From the NCBI RefSeq assembly GCF_016026235.1, contig NZ_CP065613.1: a DNA stretch of 64,000 bases; one strand, given 5' to 3'. The DNA is from Escherichia coli. GTDB taxonomy: Bacteria > Pseudomonadota > Gammaproteobacteria > Enterobacterales > Enterobacteriaceae. Shown here piece by piece: positions 1 through 15,648 of this stretch. The position numbers were made by a program, and so were the translations under genes. Each line of letters opens with the position of its first letter. Positions within the stretch are counted from its first letter, which is position 1. Under the pieces are notes generated by a model that saw nothing but the letters and a program-made list of their open reading frames with translations, ran no database searches and was not told the origin of the DNA.

Positions 1-1
1 T

Positions 2-172
2 ACCGGTTTAACGGATTATGCTCAGGAGCCGTATTATTCGACGGCGGTGGGATTGCTTCACTATGGGAAAGAGTCACATCTTAACGGTGAAGCTGAAGTA
101 GAAAAACGTGTTACAGCATCAGTTGGCTCGTGGATCAAGCGACTCAATAGTTGGCTGCGAAAAGAGTTTTAA
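2..172 (+). CDS. ftsA: Cell division protein FtsA, 3' end (partial, start outside window)
   Basis: Open frame ending ...WIKRLNSWLRKEF-stop, immediately upstream of ftsZ as in the E. coli dcw cluster. Confidence 0.8.
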   Translation, partial: TGLTDYAQEPYYSTAVGLLHYGKESHLNGEAEVEKRVTASVGSWIKRLNSWLRKEF

Positions 173-232
173 TTTTTATGAGGCCGACAATGATTACGGC
201 CTCAGGCGACAGGCACAAATCGGAGAGAAACT

Positions 233-1384
233 ATGTTTGAACCAATGGAACTTACCAATGACGCGGTGATTAAAGTCATCGGCGTCGGCGGCGGCGGCGG
301 TAATGCTGTTGAACACATGGTGCGCGAGCGCATTGAAGGTGTTGAATTCTTCGCGGTAAATACCGATGCACAAGCGCTGCGTAAAACAGCGGTTGGACAG
401 ACGATTCAAATCGGTAGCGGTATCACCAAAGGACTGGGCGCTGGCGCTAATCCAGAAGTTGGCCGCAATGCGGCTGATGAGGATCGCGATGCACTGCGTG
501 CGGCGCTGGAAGGTGCAGACATGGTCTTTATTGCTGCGGGTATGGGTGGTGGTACCGGTACAGGTGCAGCACCAGTCGTCGCTGAAGTGGCAAAAGATTT
601 GGGTATCCTGACCGTTGCTGTCGTCACTAAGCCCTTCAACTTTGAAGGCAAGAAGCGTATGGCATTCGCGGAGCAGGGGATCACTGAACTGTCCAAGCAT
701 GTGGACTCTCTGATCACTATCCCGAACGACAAACTGCTGAAAGTTCTGGGCCGCGGTATCTCCCTGCTGGATGCGTTTGGCGCAGCGAACGATGTACTGA
801 AAGGCGCTGTGCAAGGTATCGCCGAACTGATTACTCGTCCGGGTTTGATGAACGTGGACTTTGCAGACGTACGCACCGTAATGTCTGAAATGGGCTACGC
901 AATGATGGGGTCTGGCGTGGCAAGCGGTGAAGACCGTGCGGAAGAAGCTGCTGAAATGGCTATCTCTTCTCCGCTGCTGGAAGATATCGACCTGTCTGGC
1001 GCACGCGGCGTGCTGGTTAACATCACAGCGGGCTTCGACCTGCGTCTGGATGAGTTCGAAACGGTAGGTAACACCATCCGTGCATTTGCTTCCGACAACG
1101 CGACCGTGGTTATCGGTACTTCTCTTGACCCGGATATGAATGACGAGCTGCGCGTAACTGTTGTTGCGACAGGTATCGGCATGGACAAACGTCCTGAAAT
1201 CACTCTGGTGACCAATAAGCAGGTTCAGCAGCCAGTGATGGATCGCTACCAGCAGCATGGGATGGCTCCGCTGACCCAGGAGCAGAAGCCGGTTGCTAAA
1301 GTCGTGAATGACAATGCGCCGCAAACTGCGAAAGAGCCGGATTATCTGGATATCCCAGCATTCCTGCGTAAGCAAGCTGATTAA
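233..1384 (+). CDS. ftsZ: Cell division GTPase FtsZ
   Basis: 383 aa ORF with tubulin signature GGGTGTG, N-terminal [26 protein letters not shown]. Confidence 0.97.
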
Positions 1385-1463
1385 GAATTGACTGGAATTT
1401 GGGTTTCGAGGCTCTTTGTGCTAAACTGGCCCGCCGAATGTATAGTACACTTCGGTTGGATAG

Positions 1464-2402
<939 letters not shown>

Positions 2403-2464
2403 CGACATTTATACTGTCGTATAAAATTCGACTGGCAAATCTGGCACTCTCTCCGGCCAGGTGA

Positions 2465-3145
<681 letters not shown>

Positions 3146-3206
3146 CAACAATAAACCTTTACTTCATTTTATTAACTCCGCAACGCGGGGCGTTTGAGAT
3201 TTTATT

Positions 3207-5912
3207 ATGCTAATCAAATTATTAACTAAAGTTTTCGGTAGTCGTAACGATCGCACCCTGCGCCGGATGCGCAAAGTGGTCAACATCATCAATGCCATGG
3301 AACCGGAGATGGAAAAACTCTCCGACGAAGAACTGAAAGGGAAAACCGCAGAGTTTCGTGCACGTCTGGAAAAAGGCGAAGTGCTGGAAAATCTGATCTC
3401 GGAAGCTTTCGCCGTGGTACGTGAGGCAAGTAAGCGCGTCTTTGGTATGCGTCACTTCGACGTTCAGTTACTCGGCGGTATGGTTCTTAACGAACGCTGC
3501 ATCGCCGAAATGCGTACCGGTGAAGGTAAAACCCTGACCGCAACGCTGCCTGCTTATCTGAACGCACTAACCGGTAAAGGCGTGCATGTAGTTACCGTCA
3601 ACGACTACCTGGCGCAACGTGACGCCGAAAACAACCGTCCGCTGTTTGAATTCCTTGGTCTGACTGTCGGTATCAACCTGCCGGGCATGCCAGCACCGGC
3701 AAAGCGCGAAGCTTACGCAGCTGACATCACTTACGGTACGAACAACGAATACGGCTTTGACTACCTGCGCGACAATATGGCGTTCAGCCCTGAAGAACGT
3801 GTACAGCGTAAACTGCACTATGCGCTGGTGGACGAAGTGGACTCCATCCTGATCGATGAAGCGCGTACACCGCTGATCATTTCCGGTCCGGCAGAAGACA
3901 GCTCGGAAATGTATAAACGCGTGAATAAAATTATTCCACACCTGATCCGCCAGGAAAAAGAAGACTCCGAAACCTTCCAGGGCGAAGGCCACTTCTCGGT
4001 GGACGAAAAATCTCGCCAGGTGAACCTGACCGAACGTGGTCTGGTGCTGATTGAAGAACTGCTGGTGAAAGAGGGCATCATGGATGAAGGGGAGTCTCTG
4101 TACTCTCCGGCGAACATCATGCTGATGCACCACGTAACGGCGGCGCTGCGCGCTCATGCGCTGTTTACCCGCGACGTCGACTACATCGTTAAAGATGGTG
4201 AAGTTATCATCGTTGACGAACACACCGGTCGTACCATGCAGGGCCGTCGCTGGTCCGATGGTCTGCACCAGGCTGTGGAAGCGAAAGAAGGTGTGCAGAT
4301 CCAGAACGAAAACCAAACGCTGGCTTCGATCACCTTCCAGAACTACTTCCGTCTGTATGAAAAACTGGCGGGGATGACCGGTACTGCTGATACCGAAGCT
4401 TTCGAATTTAGCTCCATCTACAAACTGGATACCGTCGTTGTTCCGACCAACCGTCCAATGATTCGTAAAGATCTGCCGGACCTGGTCTACATGACTGAAG
4501 CGGAAAAAATTCAGGCGATCATTGAAGATATCAAAGAACGTACTGCGAAAGGCCAGCCGGTGCTGGTGGGTACTATCTCCATCGAAAAATCGGAGCTGGT
4601 GTCAAACGAACTGACCAAAGCCGGTATTAAGCACAATGTCCTGAACGCCAAATTCCACGCCAACGAAGCGGCGATTGTTGCTCAGGCAGGTTATCCGGCT
4701 GCGGTGACTATCGCGACCAACATGGCGGGTCGTGGTACAGATATTGTGCTCGGTGGTAGCTGGCAGGCAGAAGTTGCCGCGCTGGAAAATCCGACCGCAG
4801 AGCAAATCGAAAAAATTAAAGCCGACTGGCAGGTACGTCACGATGCGGTACTGGCAGCAGGTGGCCTGCATATCATCGGTACCGAGCGTCACGAATCCCG
4901 TCGTATCGATAACCAGTTGCGCGGTCGTTCTGGTCGTCAGGGGGATGCTGGTTCTTCCCGTTTCTACCTGTCGATGGAAGATGCGCTGATGCGTATTTTT
5001 GCTTCCGACCGAGTATCCGGCATGATGCGTAAACTGGGTATGAAGCCAGGCGAAGCCATTGAACACCCGTGGGTGACCAAAGCGATTGCTAACGCCCAGC
5101 GTAAAGTTGAAAGCCGTAACTTCGACATTCGTAAGCAACTGCTGGAATATGATGACGTGGCTAACGATCAGCGTCGCGCCATTTACTCCCAGCGTAACGA
5201 ACTGCTGGATGTCAGCGATGTGAGCGAAACCATCAACAGCATTCGTGAAGATGTGTTCAAAGCCACCATTGATGCCTACATTCCGCCACAGTCGCTGGAA
5301 GAAATGTGGGATATTCCGGGGCTGCAGGAACGTCTGAAGAACGATTTCGACCTCGATTTACCAATTGCTGAGTGGCTGGATAAAGAACCCGAACTGCATG
5401 AAGAGACGCTGCGTGAGCGCATTCTGGCGCAGTCCATCGAAGTGTATCAGCGTAAAGAAGAAGTGGTTGGTGCTGAGATGATGCGTCACTTCGAGAAAGG
5501 CGTCATGCTGCAAACGCTTGACTCCCTGTGGAAAGAGCACCTGGCAGCGATGGACTATCTGCGTCAGGGTATCCACCTGCGTGGCTATGCACAGAAAGAT
5601 CCGAAGCAGGAATACAAACGTGAATCGTTCTCCATGTTTGCAGCGATGCTGGAGTCGTTGAAATATGAAGTTATCAGTACGCTGAGCAAAGTTCAGGTAC
5701 GTATGCCTGAAGAGGTTGAGGAGCTGGAACAACAGCGTCGTATGGAAGCCGAGCGTTTAGCGCAAATGCAGCAGCTTAGCCATCAGGATGACGACTCTGC
5801 AGCCGCAGCTGCACTGGCGGCGCAAACCGGTGAACGCAAAGTAGGACGTAACGATCCTTGCCCGTGCGGTTCCGGTAAAAAATACAAGCAGTGCCATGGT
5901 CGCCTGCAATAA
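3207..5912 (+). CDS. secA: Preprotein translocase ATPase SecA
   Basis: 901 aa ORF with Walker motifs and C-terminal zinc-binding [14 protein letters not shown]. Confidence 0.97.
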   Translation: MLIKLLTKVFGSRNDRTLRRMRKVVNIINAMEPEMEKLSDEELKGKTAEFRARLEKGEVLENLISEAFAVVREASKRVFGMRHFDVQLLGGMVLNERCIAEMRTGEGKTLTATLPAYLNALTGKGVHVVTVNDYLAQRDAENNRPLFEFLGLTVGINLPGMPAPAKREAYAADITYGTNNEYGFDYLRDNMAFSPEERVQRKLHYALVDEVDSILIDEARTPLIISGPAEDSSEMYKRVNKIIPHLIRQEKEDSETFQGEGHFSVDEKSRQVNLTERGLVLIEELLVKEGIMDEGESLYSPANIMLMHHVTAALRAHALFTRDVDYIVKDGEVIIVDEHTGRTMQGRRWSDGLHQAVEAKEGVQIQNENQTLASITFQNYFRLYEKLAGMTGTADTEAFEFSSIYKLDTVVVPTNRPMIRKDLPDLVYMTEAEKIQAIIEDIKERTAKGQPVLVGTISIEKSELVSNELTKAGIKHNVLNAKFHANEAAIVAQAGYPAAVTIATNMAGRGTDIVLGGSWQAEVAALENPTAEQIEKIKADWQVRHDAVLAAGGLHIIGTERHESRRIDNQLRGRSGRQGDAGSSRFYLSMEDALMRIFASDRVSGMMRKLGMKPGEAIEHPWVTKAIANAQRKVESRNFDIRKQLLEYDDVANDQRRAIYSQRNELLDVSDVSETINSIREDVFKATIDAYIPPQSLEEMWDIPGLQERLKNDFDLDLPIAEWLDKEPELHEETLRERILAQSIEVYQRKEEVVGAEMMRHFEKGVMLQTLDSLWKEHLAAMDYLRQGIHLRGYAQKDPKQEYKRESFSMFAAMLESLKYEVISTLSKVQVRMPEEVEELEQQRRMEAERLAQMQQLSHQDDDSAAAAALAAQTGERKVGRNDPCPCGSGKKYKQCHGRLQ

Positions 5913-5933
5913 AAGCTAACAGTTGAAGTAAAA

Positions 5934-5957
5934 GGCGCAGGATTCTGCGCCTTTTTT
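5934..5957 (+). terminator. Stem-loop plus T-run downstream of secA
   Basis: ggcgcaggattctgcgcc followed by tttttt. Confidence 0.5.
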
Positions 5958-5971
5958 ATAGGTTTAAGACA

Positions 5972-6361
5972 ATGAAAAAGCTGCAAATTGTGGTAGGTAT
6001 TATTCGCAACGAGAACAATGAAATCTTTATAACGCGTCGCGCAGCAGATGCGCACATGGCGAATAAACTGGAGTTTCCCGGCGGTAAAATTGAAATGGGC
6101 GAAACGCCGAAACAGGCGGTGGTGCGTGAACTTCAGGAAGAAGTCGGGATTACCCCACAACATTTTTCGCTATTTGAAAAACTGGAATATGAATTCCCGG
6201 ACAGGCATATAACTCTGTGGTTCTGGCTGGTCGAAAGCTGGGAAGGGGAGCCGTGGGGTAAAGAAGGGCAACCCGGTGAGTGGATGGCGCTGGTCGGTCT
6301 GAATGCCGATGATTTTCCGCCAGCCAATGAACCGGTAATTGCGAAGCTTAAACGTCTGTAG
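5972..6361 (+). CDS. mutT: 8-oxo-dGTP diphosphatase MutT (Nudix)
   Basis: 129 aa ORF with Nudix box GGKIEMGETPKQAVVRELQEEVG. Confidence 0.95.
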   Translation: MKKLQIVVGIIRNENNEIFITRRAADAHMANKLEFPGGKIEMGETPKQAVVRELQEEVGITPQHFSLFEKLEYEFPDRHITLWFWLVESWEGEPWGKEGQPGEWMALVGLNADDFPPANEPVIAKLKRL

Positions 6362-7177
<816 letters not shown>

Positions 7178-7281
7178 ATCAGCATACTTGTCCTTAGCCT
7201 TCTGCAGTGACAGCTGGTAGTACAGCGTGCTTCTGGCCAGCCCTGCAGCCTTTAACAGGTCAGACTGGCAGTGTCCGCACT

Positions 7282-7812
7282 TCAGGCTCTGGATGACTTT
7301 CGTTTTTTCTCCAGCTCCTGGCGCTTTTTTTCCAGGAGATGCTCCTGCATGGCTTTCAGATATGCATTTTCTGCGCGAAGATAACGCAGCTCATTCTTCA
7401 TCTCTTCCGGCGTCATGTTTCCCTCGTTTTCATGGGTATCATCAGAACGGGTCATGCTTTTCTCCTTCCTGCGCCTGATAAAGGCCTCATTACCAGATTT
7501 GCGGTAGCCTTTTATCCAGTTTTTAACCATGTTGTGGCTGAGAATGTTAAACCGGGCAGCTACCCGGGGTAGAGACTCAGAATGCCCGAGAGCATAAAGA
7601 ACCACGCAAAGTTTATCTTCAGGAGAATAGCTACGCTTGTGTCTGCAATCCAGTGCCTGAGGACCGTGAAGAAGAAAAAGATTAATCCAGTGTGAGAGGC
7701 TGGTGTGAGAAAGTTGAAAGAGTTTTGCCGTAGAAATGATGCCTGCATGACCGGCCAGGTAATGATTTACAGCGGCAAGTTTTACTTCAAATGAATGTTT
7801 CATAAACTGCAC
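7282..7812 (-). CDS. insJ: IS150 OrfA (HTH DNA-binding protein)
   Basis: 176 aa ORF MKHSFEVKLAAVNHYLAGHAGIISTAKLFQLSHTSLSHWINLF... recognised as IS150 InsJ. Confidence 0.9.
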   Translation of the reverse strand: MQFMKHSFEVKLAAVNHYLAGHAGIISTAKLFQLSHTSLSHWINLFLLHGPQALDCRHKRSYSPEDKLCVVLYALGHSESLPRVAARFNILSHNMVKNWIKGYRKSGNEAFIRRRKEKSMTRSDDTHENEGNMTPEEMKNELRYLRAENAYLKAMQEHLLEKKRQELEKKRKSSRA

Positions 7813-7908
7813 CTTCAGATGTCAGATTATGTCCAACATTTGGGGTGCAGTTCATGGCGCGTCTTATCAGGCCTAAAGGGATTTCTAACTCATTGATAAA
7901 TTTTTTTT

Positions 7909-8010
<102 letters not shown>

Positions 8011-8012
8011 TG

Positions 8013-8210
8013 TCACTGCTTTGGTTCTTCGCTCCAGTCATCGCTTTCGGAAAGATCGCCACTGCTGGGGATTCGTTTTTCTTCAGCAGCCCATTCTCCG
8101 AGGTCGATCAGCTGACAACGTTTGGAGCAAAATGGCCGAAACGGGCTGATTTCACCCCACACCACCGTTTTCCCGCAGGTTGGGCAATTCACCGTAATAG
8201 TTTCTGACAT
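8013..8210 (-). CDS. yacG: DNA gyrase inhibitor YacG (zinc ribbon)
   Basis: 65 aa [43 protein letters not shown]. Confidence 0.9.
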
Positions 8211-8219
8211 TTTTACTCC

Positions 8220-8963
8220 TTAGCAACAGGCCAGTTCGAAATCCAGACGTTCCGGTACCTGTCCGTTTTCAGTGTCCAGCGGCATAAAACGAATGGCAAA
8301 ACGGCTCTTATGTCCGGAAATTTGCGGATAAAGCTGTGAATCGAGCGACAGATTCAGGCGCAGCAAGTCGGCATCGCCACCGTTATCCTGATAAAAACCA
8401 TTCAGGCTGGTTTGTTTACGGAAGGGGGCCGACTGGCGAATTAAATCCAGCACCATGGTAAGTGCCTGGGTGAGCGGGTTCAGGCTGGCAATCCAGGTTT
8501 CTACCTGGCTGTCGCGCTGCGCCTGGGGTAGATGCAGCCAAATGTGCAATGTTGGTAAATCAAAGCTGCAACAGCCGCCTGGGATGCTCAGTCGCTGACG
8601 CACCAGAGCAATCAAACGATCTTCACGTAGAAATTGCCCGATACGCGGCGCGGAGATTAATACGCTCCCCGCCGCTTTTAACTGCTGAATTAATGCTTCA
8701 ATACGGCTCTGGTCCACGCCAGGCACGCCAATCCAGGTCTGGAGTTTACGTTGCTGCCGGTCAAGTTCTTTCAACAGCTCAGTGCGGACTTCGCCGCGCT
8801 CGAAAACATCCAGTAATTCACTGACATTACGGAAGAAATGCAGCGCGCCAGCGTGGTCAACGATGGGTAAATTAACGGTGAGTTGCTGAATCAAAAACTC
8901 AATGCGCAGCCATGTACGCATTTTTTCATTTAGTGGATGTTCAAAAAGGACCTGGGTCTGCAT
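8220..8963 (-). CDS. zapD: Cell division protein ZapD
   Basis: 247 aa ORF in the conserved position between yacG and coaE. Confidence 0.88.
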
Positions 8964-9583
8964 TACGGTTTTTCCTGTGAGACAAACTGCGACGCAAGCT
9001 GCAAATAGTGTGCGTGCAGGCGGGCAACATCCGATGCGATAGCATCCGGTGCGCCGTTATTATCAATGACGTCATCTGCCACGGCAAGGCGGGCTTCGCG
9101 CGTTGCCTGAGCAGCAAGGATTTGTTCGACATGCTCGCGAGTTACATCATCGCGCTGCATGGTGCGCTTAAGTTGCGTTTCTGGGCTGACATCCACCACC
9201 AGCACTCGATTCGCTTTTTTATACAGTGAGTTTTCTACCAGCAATGGCACAACCCACAGTACATAGGGGGAGGTTGCTTGCTGGATCTGGTGTTGCGTCT
9301 CTTGCTGAATCAGCGGATGCAGCAGGTCGTTAAGCCAGTTTTTCTCTTCCGGGTTGGCGAAGATCCGCTCGCGCAAGGCCCGGCGCTGCAATGTTCCATC
9401 AGCAGCAATCATGTTAGCGCCAAAGTGATCAGCAATGGCATGTAGCGCAGGTGCACCTGGTTCAACCACCTGACGCGCAATAATATCGGCATCAATGACG
9501 TTAATTCCGAGATCAGCAAACGCATTGGCAACGGTACTCTTGCCACTGCCAATGCCTCCCGTTAAGGCAACTATATACCTCAT
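8963..9583 (-). CDS. coaE: Dephospho-CoA kinase CoaE
   Basis: 206 aa ORF with P-loop [19 protein letters not shown]. Confidence 0.92.
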
Positions 9584-9807
9584 AATTTATATTCCCGGGA
9601 ATTCATCATGATTATCAAAACGTTAAAAATGAGCGCACGAAAGCGAAATTGATGAAACGTTCGCTCACTATTTACCAGGTAAATTTATGGGATTGTAGCG
9701 TAAAAAAAGACAATTTCGCAGTCTTGCGCCGCATTGATTAGTGCGTATGATAGCGTCACTGGAGTTGCGCTCTTACCCTTATAGCCATTAACCCCAGGAA
9801 TCCGCAC

Positions 9808-10851
9808 ATGCGTATTGAAGAAGATCTGAAGTTAGGTTTTAAAGACGTTCTCATCCGCCCTAAACGCTCCACTCTTAAAAGCCGTTCCGATGTTGAACTG
9901 GAACGTCAATTCACCTTCAAACATTCAGGTCAGAGCTGGTCCGGCGTGCCGATTATCGCCGCAAATATGGACACCGTAGGCACATTTTCTATGGCCTCTG
10001 CGCTGGCTTCTTTTGATATTTTGACTGCTGTGCATAAACACTATTCTGTCGAAGAGTGGCAAGCGTTTATCAACAATTCTTCCGCTGATGTGCTGAAACA
10101 TGTGATGGTTTCTACCGGTACGTCAAATGCGGATTTCGAAAAAACTAAACAGATTCTCGACCTGAACCCGGCATTAAATTTCGTTTGTATTGACGTGGCG
10201 AATGGTTATTCCGAACACTTCGTGCAGTTCGTTGCGAAAGCGCGTGAAGCGTGGCCGACCAAAACCATTTGTGCTGGTAACGTAGTGACTGGTGAAATGT
10301 GTGAGGAGCTTATCCTCTCAGGTGCCGATATCGTTAAAGTTGGCATTGGCCCAGGTTCTGTTTGTACAACTCGCGTCAAAACAGGCGTCGGTTATCCGCA
10401 ACTTTCTGCGGTAATCGAATGTGCCGATGCTGCGCACGGTCTGGGCGGAATGATCGTCAGCGATGGTGGCTGCACCACGCCGGGCGATGTCGCGAAAGCT
10501 TTTGGCGGCGGTGCCGATTTCGTCATGCTTGGCGGCATGCTGGCGGGCCACGAAGAGAGCGGCGGTCGCATCGTTGAGGAGAACGGCGAGAAATTTATGC
10601 TGTTCTACGGCATGAGCTCCGAGTCTGCGATGAAACGTCACGTTGGCGGCGTTGCGGAATATCGCGCAGCAGAAGGTAAAACCGTTAAGCTGCCGCTGCG
10701 AGGCCCGGTTGAAAATACCGCGCGTGATATTTTGGGCGGCCTGCGTTCAGCTTGTACATACGTTGGGGCTTCACGCCTGAAAGAACTGACCAAGCGCACC
10801 ACATTTATCCGTGTGCAGGAACAAGAAAACCGCATCTTCAACAACCTGTAA
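9808..10851 (+). CDS. guaC: GMP reductase GuaC
   Basis: 347 aa IMPDH/GMPR-family [24 protein letters not shown]... Confidence 0.95.
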   Translation: MRIEEDLKLGFKDVLIRPKRSTLKSRSDVELERQFTFKHSGQSWSGVPIIAANMDTVGTFSMASALASFDILTAVHKHYSVEEWQAFINNSSADVLKHVMVSTGTSNADFEKTKQILDLNPALNFVCIDVANGYSEHFVQFVAKAREAWPTKTICAGNVVTGEMCEELILSGADIVKVGIGPGSVCTTRVKTGVGYPQLSAVIECADAAHGLGGMIVSDGGCTTPGDVAKAFGGGADFVMLGGMLAGHEESGGRIVEENGEKFMLFYGMSSESAMKRHVGGVAEYRAAEGKTVKLPLRGPVENTARDILGGLRSACTYVGASRLKELTKRTTFIRVQEQENRIFNNL

Positions 10852-10885
10852 TCTTCCAACGCTGGTGTGGAGCAACACGCCAGCG

Positions 10886-12088
10886 TTATCCCATCCCACT
10901 CATCGCATCGCCTAAATGGAAAATTGGCAGATACATCGCCACCACCAGCGTACCGATAATTCCTCCCGTTATGATCAGCAACGCCGGTTCCAGTAAGGCT
11001 GCTAGGTTATCCGCCAGCGCCATTGTGTTATCCCGATGATGATGGGCGAGGTTGTCTAACATGAGATCCAGCGAGCCGGAGGCCTCTCCTGTTCTCACTA
11101 ATTGCAAACAGAGCGGGCTAAACTCACCGGTATTTTTTAGCGCCAGCCAGATGGGAAGACCGTTACTGATATCGTGCTGGATTTGTGTCAGAAGTTGCAC
11201 CCAGTACGGGCAGCGCATTGTTTCTCTGACGCTCTCTACGCCCTGTAAAAAAGTAATGCCTGCACTTTGTGTCAGCGCCAGAATCGTAAAGATCTGCGTG
11301 AGTTTTTGTCCCCGCATCAGTGAGCCCATAATCGGGATGTGTAACAGCAATTTCTGCCGCACGATAAGCCAGGTCGGTCGGCGCATCAGCAACTTATTGG
11401 CTATCGCCAGCAGAAAGCCGAACAACACCAGCAGCCAGCCCCATTCGCCACTAAAGTCTGCCAGCGTCATGATCCCCTGCGTTAGTGCCGGTAGTGGGGT
11501 GTTGAAGGTCTTATATATAGCGGCAAACTCCGGCAGAACAAAATGCAGCATTGCCACAACCACCATGATTGCCATCGCTAAAATGATGATGGGATAACGC
11601 AACGCTGATTTCACTTTGTCGGTCAACTGACGCTGGGCTTTTTGCTGACGCGCCAGTTCAAAGCAGCATTCATCCAGCTTACCGGTCAGTTCACCCGTGC
11701 GGATCATCGCCTGATAGAGCGGCGGAAATACCTCTGACCAGGGTAATAAGGCATTGGAAAAGGCAATGCCCTGTTCGAGATCGTGTGCCAGAGATTGCAG
11801 CAACGCTTGCCATTGCTTACTGGGATGCTGTTCCGCCAGCAGTGCCAGCCCTTCAGAAAGCGTTAACCCGGCTTTAAGTAGCGTCGCCAGTTGATGAATG
11901 ACTTCCGCGCTTTTATCTCCTCGCCACTGCGCAGAATTGATAGCAATTCGCTTCAGGCTTAGTGGAGTAACCATCTGTTGCTGTAGTGCCATGAGCAGCA
12001 AAGCACGGCTCTCTGCCCATAGCATCCCATCTTGCGCATTGCCGTCGCCGGTTATGCCATGCCAGCGCCAGAGTTGCTTACTCGCCAT
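10886..12088 (-). CDS. hofC: Type IV pilus / T2SS GspF-family inner membrane platform protein HofC
   Basis: 400 aa membrane ORF, GspF/PilC-like, in hofB-hofC-ppdD context. Confidence 0.88.
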   Translation of the reverse strand: MASKQLWRWHGITGDGNAQDGMLWAESRALLLMALQQQMVTPLSLKRIAINSAQWRGDKSAEVIHQLATLLKAGLTLSEGLALLAEQHPSKQWQALLQSLAHDLEQGIAFSNALLPWSEVFPPLYQAMIRTGELTGKLDECCFELARQQKAQRQLTDKVKSALRYPIIILAMAIMVVVAMLHFVLPEFAAIYKTFNTPLPALTQGIMTLADFSGEWGWLLVLFGFLLAIANKLLMRRPTWLIVRQKLLLHIPIMGSLMRGQKLTQIFTILALTQSAGITFLQGVESVRETMRCPYWVQLLTQIQHDISNGLPIWLALKNTGEFSPLCLQLVRTGEASGSLDLMLDNLAHHHRDNTMALADNLAALLEPALLIITGGIIGTLVVAMYLPIFHLGDAMSGMG

Positions 12089-13463
12089 GCGGCATCCCCA
12101 GTACGCGGATTAACTCTTCAAAGGTGGTTAAGCCTTGCTCCACGGCCAGGCAGCCGTTTTCAAAAAGCGTACGCATACCCGCCTGTCGTGCGTGCGTTTC
12201 CAGCGATTCAACGTCGGTATTAGCGGAAATAAGCTGACGAATGACCGGCGTTATGGGCAGAACTTCAAATAAGGCCGTACGACCATAAAAACCGTGGTAG
12301 CAATGTACACAACCGGGTGCCTGCCAGTGGGGCAGCGGCGACGGCCATACATTGACTGGAATATGGATGGGCTCCCCTTGCTGCTGGCGACAATGTGGGC
12401 AAAGTTTACGTACCAGACGCTGGGCTATTACCAGCGTAAGCGCTGATGAGAGCATCCAGCGGGCGACTCCCATTTGCTGTAAACGTACCAGCGTTTCGCA
12501 GGTGGAATTAGTGTGTAGGGTAGACAACACCAGGTGACCAGTTTGCGCCGCTTTAATAGCGATCTCTGCTGTTTCGCCATCGCGGATCTCTCCGATCATG
12601 ATGACGTCAGGATCCTGGCGCAATAACGCACGCAAAACGCCCTGAAAGGTGAGTCCTGCACGCGGATGGATTTGCGTCTGGTTTAGTCCGGCTATGGGGA
12701 TTTCAACCGGATCTTCGACGCTACAAATATTAATGTCAGCGGTATTCAGCTTTTGCAGGGCACTATAAAGCGTGACCGTTTTGCCGCTGCCGGTAGGGCC
12801 AGTTACCAGCACCAGTCCCTGTGGTTGTTGCAAGGCATGAGCAAAGTCCGCCAGTTGTAACGGCTGCATTCCAAGCGTGTTGACATCCAGTGCCTGACTC
12901 ACCTGCTGTAACAACCTTAATACCACCTTTTCACCACCCCGACATGGTAAGGTCGCAATACGAAATGAGACGGCGTTTCCTGCCAGTTCGACAGTGAATT
13001 GCCCGTCCTGCGGCAGGCGATGTTCCGCAATATCCAGGTTTCCCAGCACTTTTAATCTGGCGGTTAATGCGACTCCGGCATCCGGTGAAACATCCGGTAA
13101 AGGATGCAATACGCCGTCGATACGCAAGCGGATGCGGTAGGCATTGTCCGCTGGTTCGATATGAATATCAGATGCGCGTTGTTCCAGCGCAGATTGTAAC
13201 GTTCGAGTCAGCAACTCTGCTTTGGGCTGATGCTTCTCCTGAACAGCTACGGGCAATGTCTGTTGTGTGCGACTGGCGTGACCTTCCATTTGTTGGCGCG
13301 TCCAGCAGGTGATCTCAATACGTTTGGTGGTAGCGAAATGCAATGCGTCCAGTAGCTCATGCGAAGGTGCATCGACTACCGCAACATGAACCACCTCTTC
13401 GCTGGCATCCAGCAAGACTCCATGATAACGCAGACACAGGGCAGTGAGCTGTGGAATATTCAT
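12078..13463 (-). CDS. hofB: Type IV pilus assembly ATPase HofB (GspE/PilB family)
   Basis: 461 aa ORF with Walker A LVTGPTGSGKT and GspE signatures. Confidence 0.9.
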   Translation of the reverse strand: MNIPQLTALCLRYHGVLLDASEEVVHVAVVDAPSHELLDALHFATTKRIEITCWTRQQMEGHASRTQQTLPVAVQEKHQPKAELLTRTLQSALEQRASDIHIEPADNAYRIRLRIDGVLHPLPDVSPDAGVALTARLKVLGNLDIAEHRLPQDGQFTVELAGNAVSFRIATLPCRGGEKVVLRLLQQVSQALDVNTLGMQPLQLADFAHALQQPQGLVLVTGPTGSGKTVTLYSALQKLNTADINICSVEDPVEIPIAGLNQTQIHPRAGLTFQGVLRALLRQDPDVIMIGEIRDGETAEIAIKAAQTGHLVLSTLHTNSTCETLVRLQQMGVARWMLSSALTLVIAQRLVRKLCPHCRQQQGEPIHIPVNVWPSPLPHWQAPGCVHCYHGFYGRTALFEVLPITPVIRQLISANTDVESLETHARQAGMRTLFENGCLAVEQGLTTFEELIRVLGMPHGE

Positions 13464-13472
13464 TGCCGCTCC

Positions 13473-13913
13473 TTAGTTGGCGTCATCAAAGCGGAAGACA
13501 TCTTCGCAGGCTTGATGCAATGCGCTGTCACTTTGAATATTGCAGTTGCGCGTCCAGCCGGTGACGCCGTTTGCGTTATCCCAACCCGGTGTCATGACGA
13601 CGCTTAGCCCATTGAGACTTTCTTGCCCGGTCAGCGACACCACGCCCTTTGCCACACTCATGGCTGAAACATAGCGGGTGGTGGTAGGCGAGGGAATGCC
13701 ATTGCTGCCACCGTCGCAGGTATCTAATCCACCATGTTCCAGCGCGCACAACTCTACGGCGGTACGGTAAGGCACAAAGGTTTGTAGCATGTCGGTGAGT
13801 GCGGCTTTGCGCAGGTAGTTTTGATAAGCGGGAATACCAATGGCGCTTAAAATGGCAATGATGCCAATAACCACCATCAGTTCGATAAGTGTAAAACCGC
13901 GTTGCTTGTCCAT
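13473..13913 (-). CDS. ppdD: Type IV prepilin PpdD
   Basis: 146 aa ORF with prepilin N-terminus MDKQRGFTLIELMVVIGIIAILSAIGIPAYQNY. Confidence 0.9.
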   Translation of the reverse strand: MDKQRGFTLIELMVVIGIIAILSAIGIPAYQNYLRKAALTDMLQTFVPYRTAVELCALEHGGLDTCDGGSNGIPSPTTTRYVSAMSVAKGVVSLTGQESLNGLSVVMTPGWDNANGVTGWTRNCNIQSDSALHQACEDVFRFDDAN

Positions 13914-14115
13914 CTGTTTCGCTCCTTGATTTAGTTGGCGCTACTTTGGCAAACGCCATCAGCACAGGCGAGGGGCAAAAAACGAAACGGGAAAGCAGAT
14001 TCCGAGGTTTTTTATTTCGTTGCAGCGAAAGACAAGAAATTTGCGAGGCGTTACGAAGAAAGTTGGGGAAGGGGAGATTATCCGCCCGCGATGGAGCGGA
14101 TAAATCTGTCAACTA

Positions 14116-15069
<954 letters not shown>

Positions 15070-15096
15070 TTAGCACCACATATAAGGAGATCCTGC

Positions 15097-15648
15097 ATGT
15101 TGTTAGAACAGGGGTGGCTGGTTGGCGCGCGCCGCGTTCCCTCACCACATTACGATTGCCGCCCGGATGACGAAACACCCACCCTGCTGGTGGTGCACAA
15201 TATTAGCCTGCCGCCAGGCGAGTTTGGCGGTCCGTGGATCGACGCATTATTCACTGGAACTATTGATCCGCAGGCACATCCTTTCTTTGCTGAGATCGCC
15301 CATTTGCGCGTCTCCGCTCACTGTTTGATTCGCCGTGATGGTGAAATAGTCCAGTATGTTCCTTTCGATAAACGTGCCTGGCATGCGGGAGTCTCTCAGT
15401 ATCAGGGGCGCGAACGCTGCAATGATTTTTCTATTGGGATTGAGCTTGAAGGCACCGATACGCTGGCGTATACCGATGCGCAGTATCAACAGATTGCGGC
15501 GGTTACGCGGGCACTGATTGATTGCTATCCGGATATCGCTAAAAACATGACGGGCCATTGTGATATTGCGCCGGATCGGAAAACCGATCCCGGTCCTGCA
15601 TTTGATTGGGCACGGTTTCGTGCGCTGGTCAGCAAGGAGACAACATGA
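15097..15648 (+). CDS. ampD: 1,6-anhydro-N-acetylmuramyl-L-alanine amidase AmpD
   Basis: 183 aa [29 protein letters not shown]... Confidence 0.93.

Noticed and set aside
194-1375. 393-aa minus-strand ORF antisense to ftsZ
   Set aside because: Lies entirely within the well-supported ftsZ gene on the opposite strand; a long open antisense frame is expected from GC-rich codon bias.
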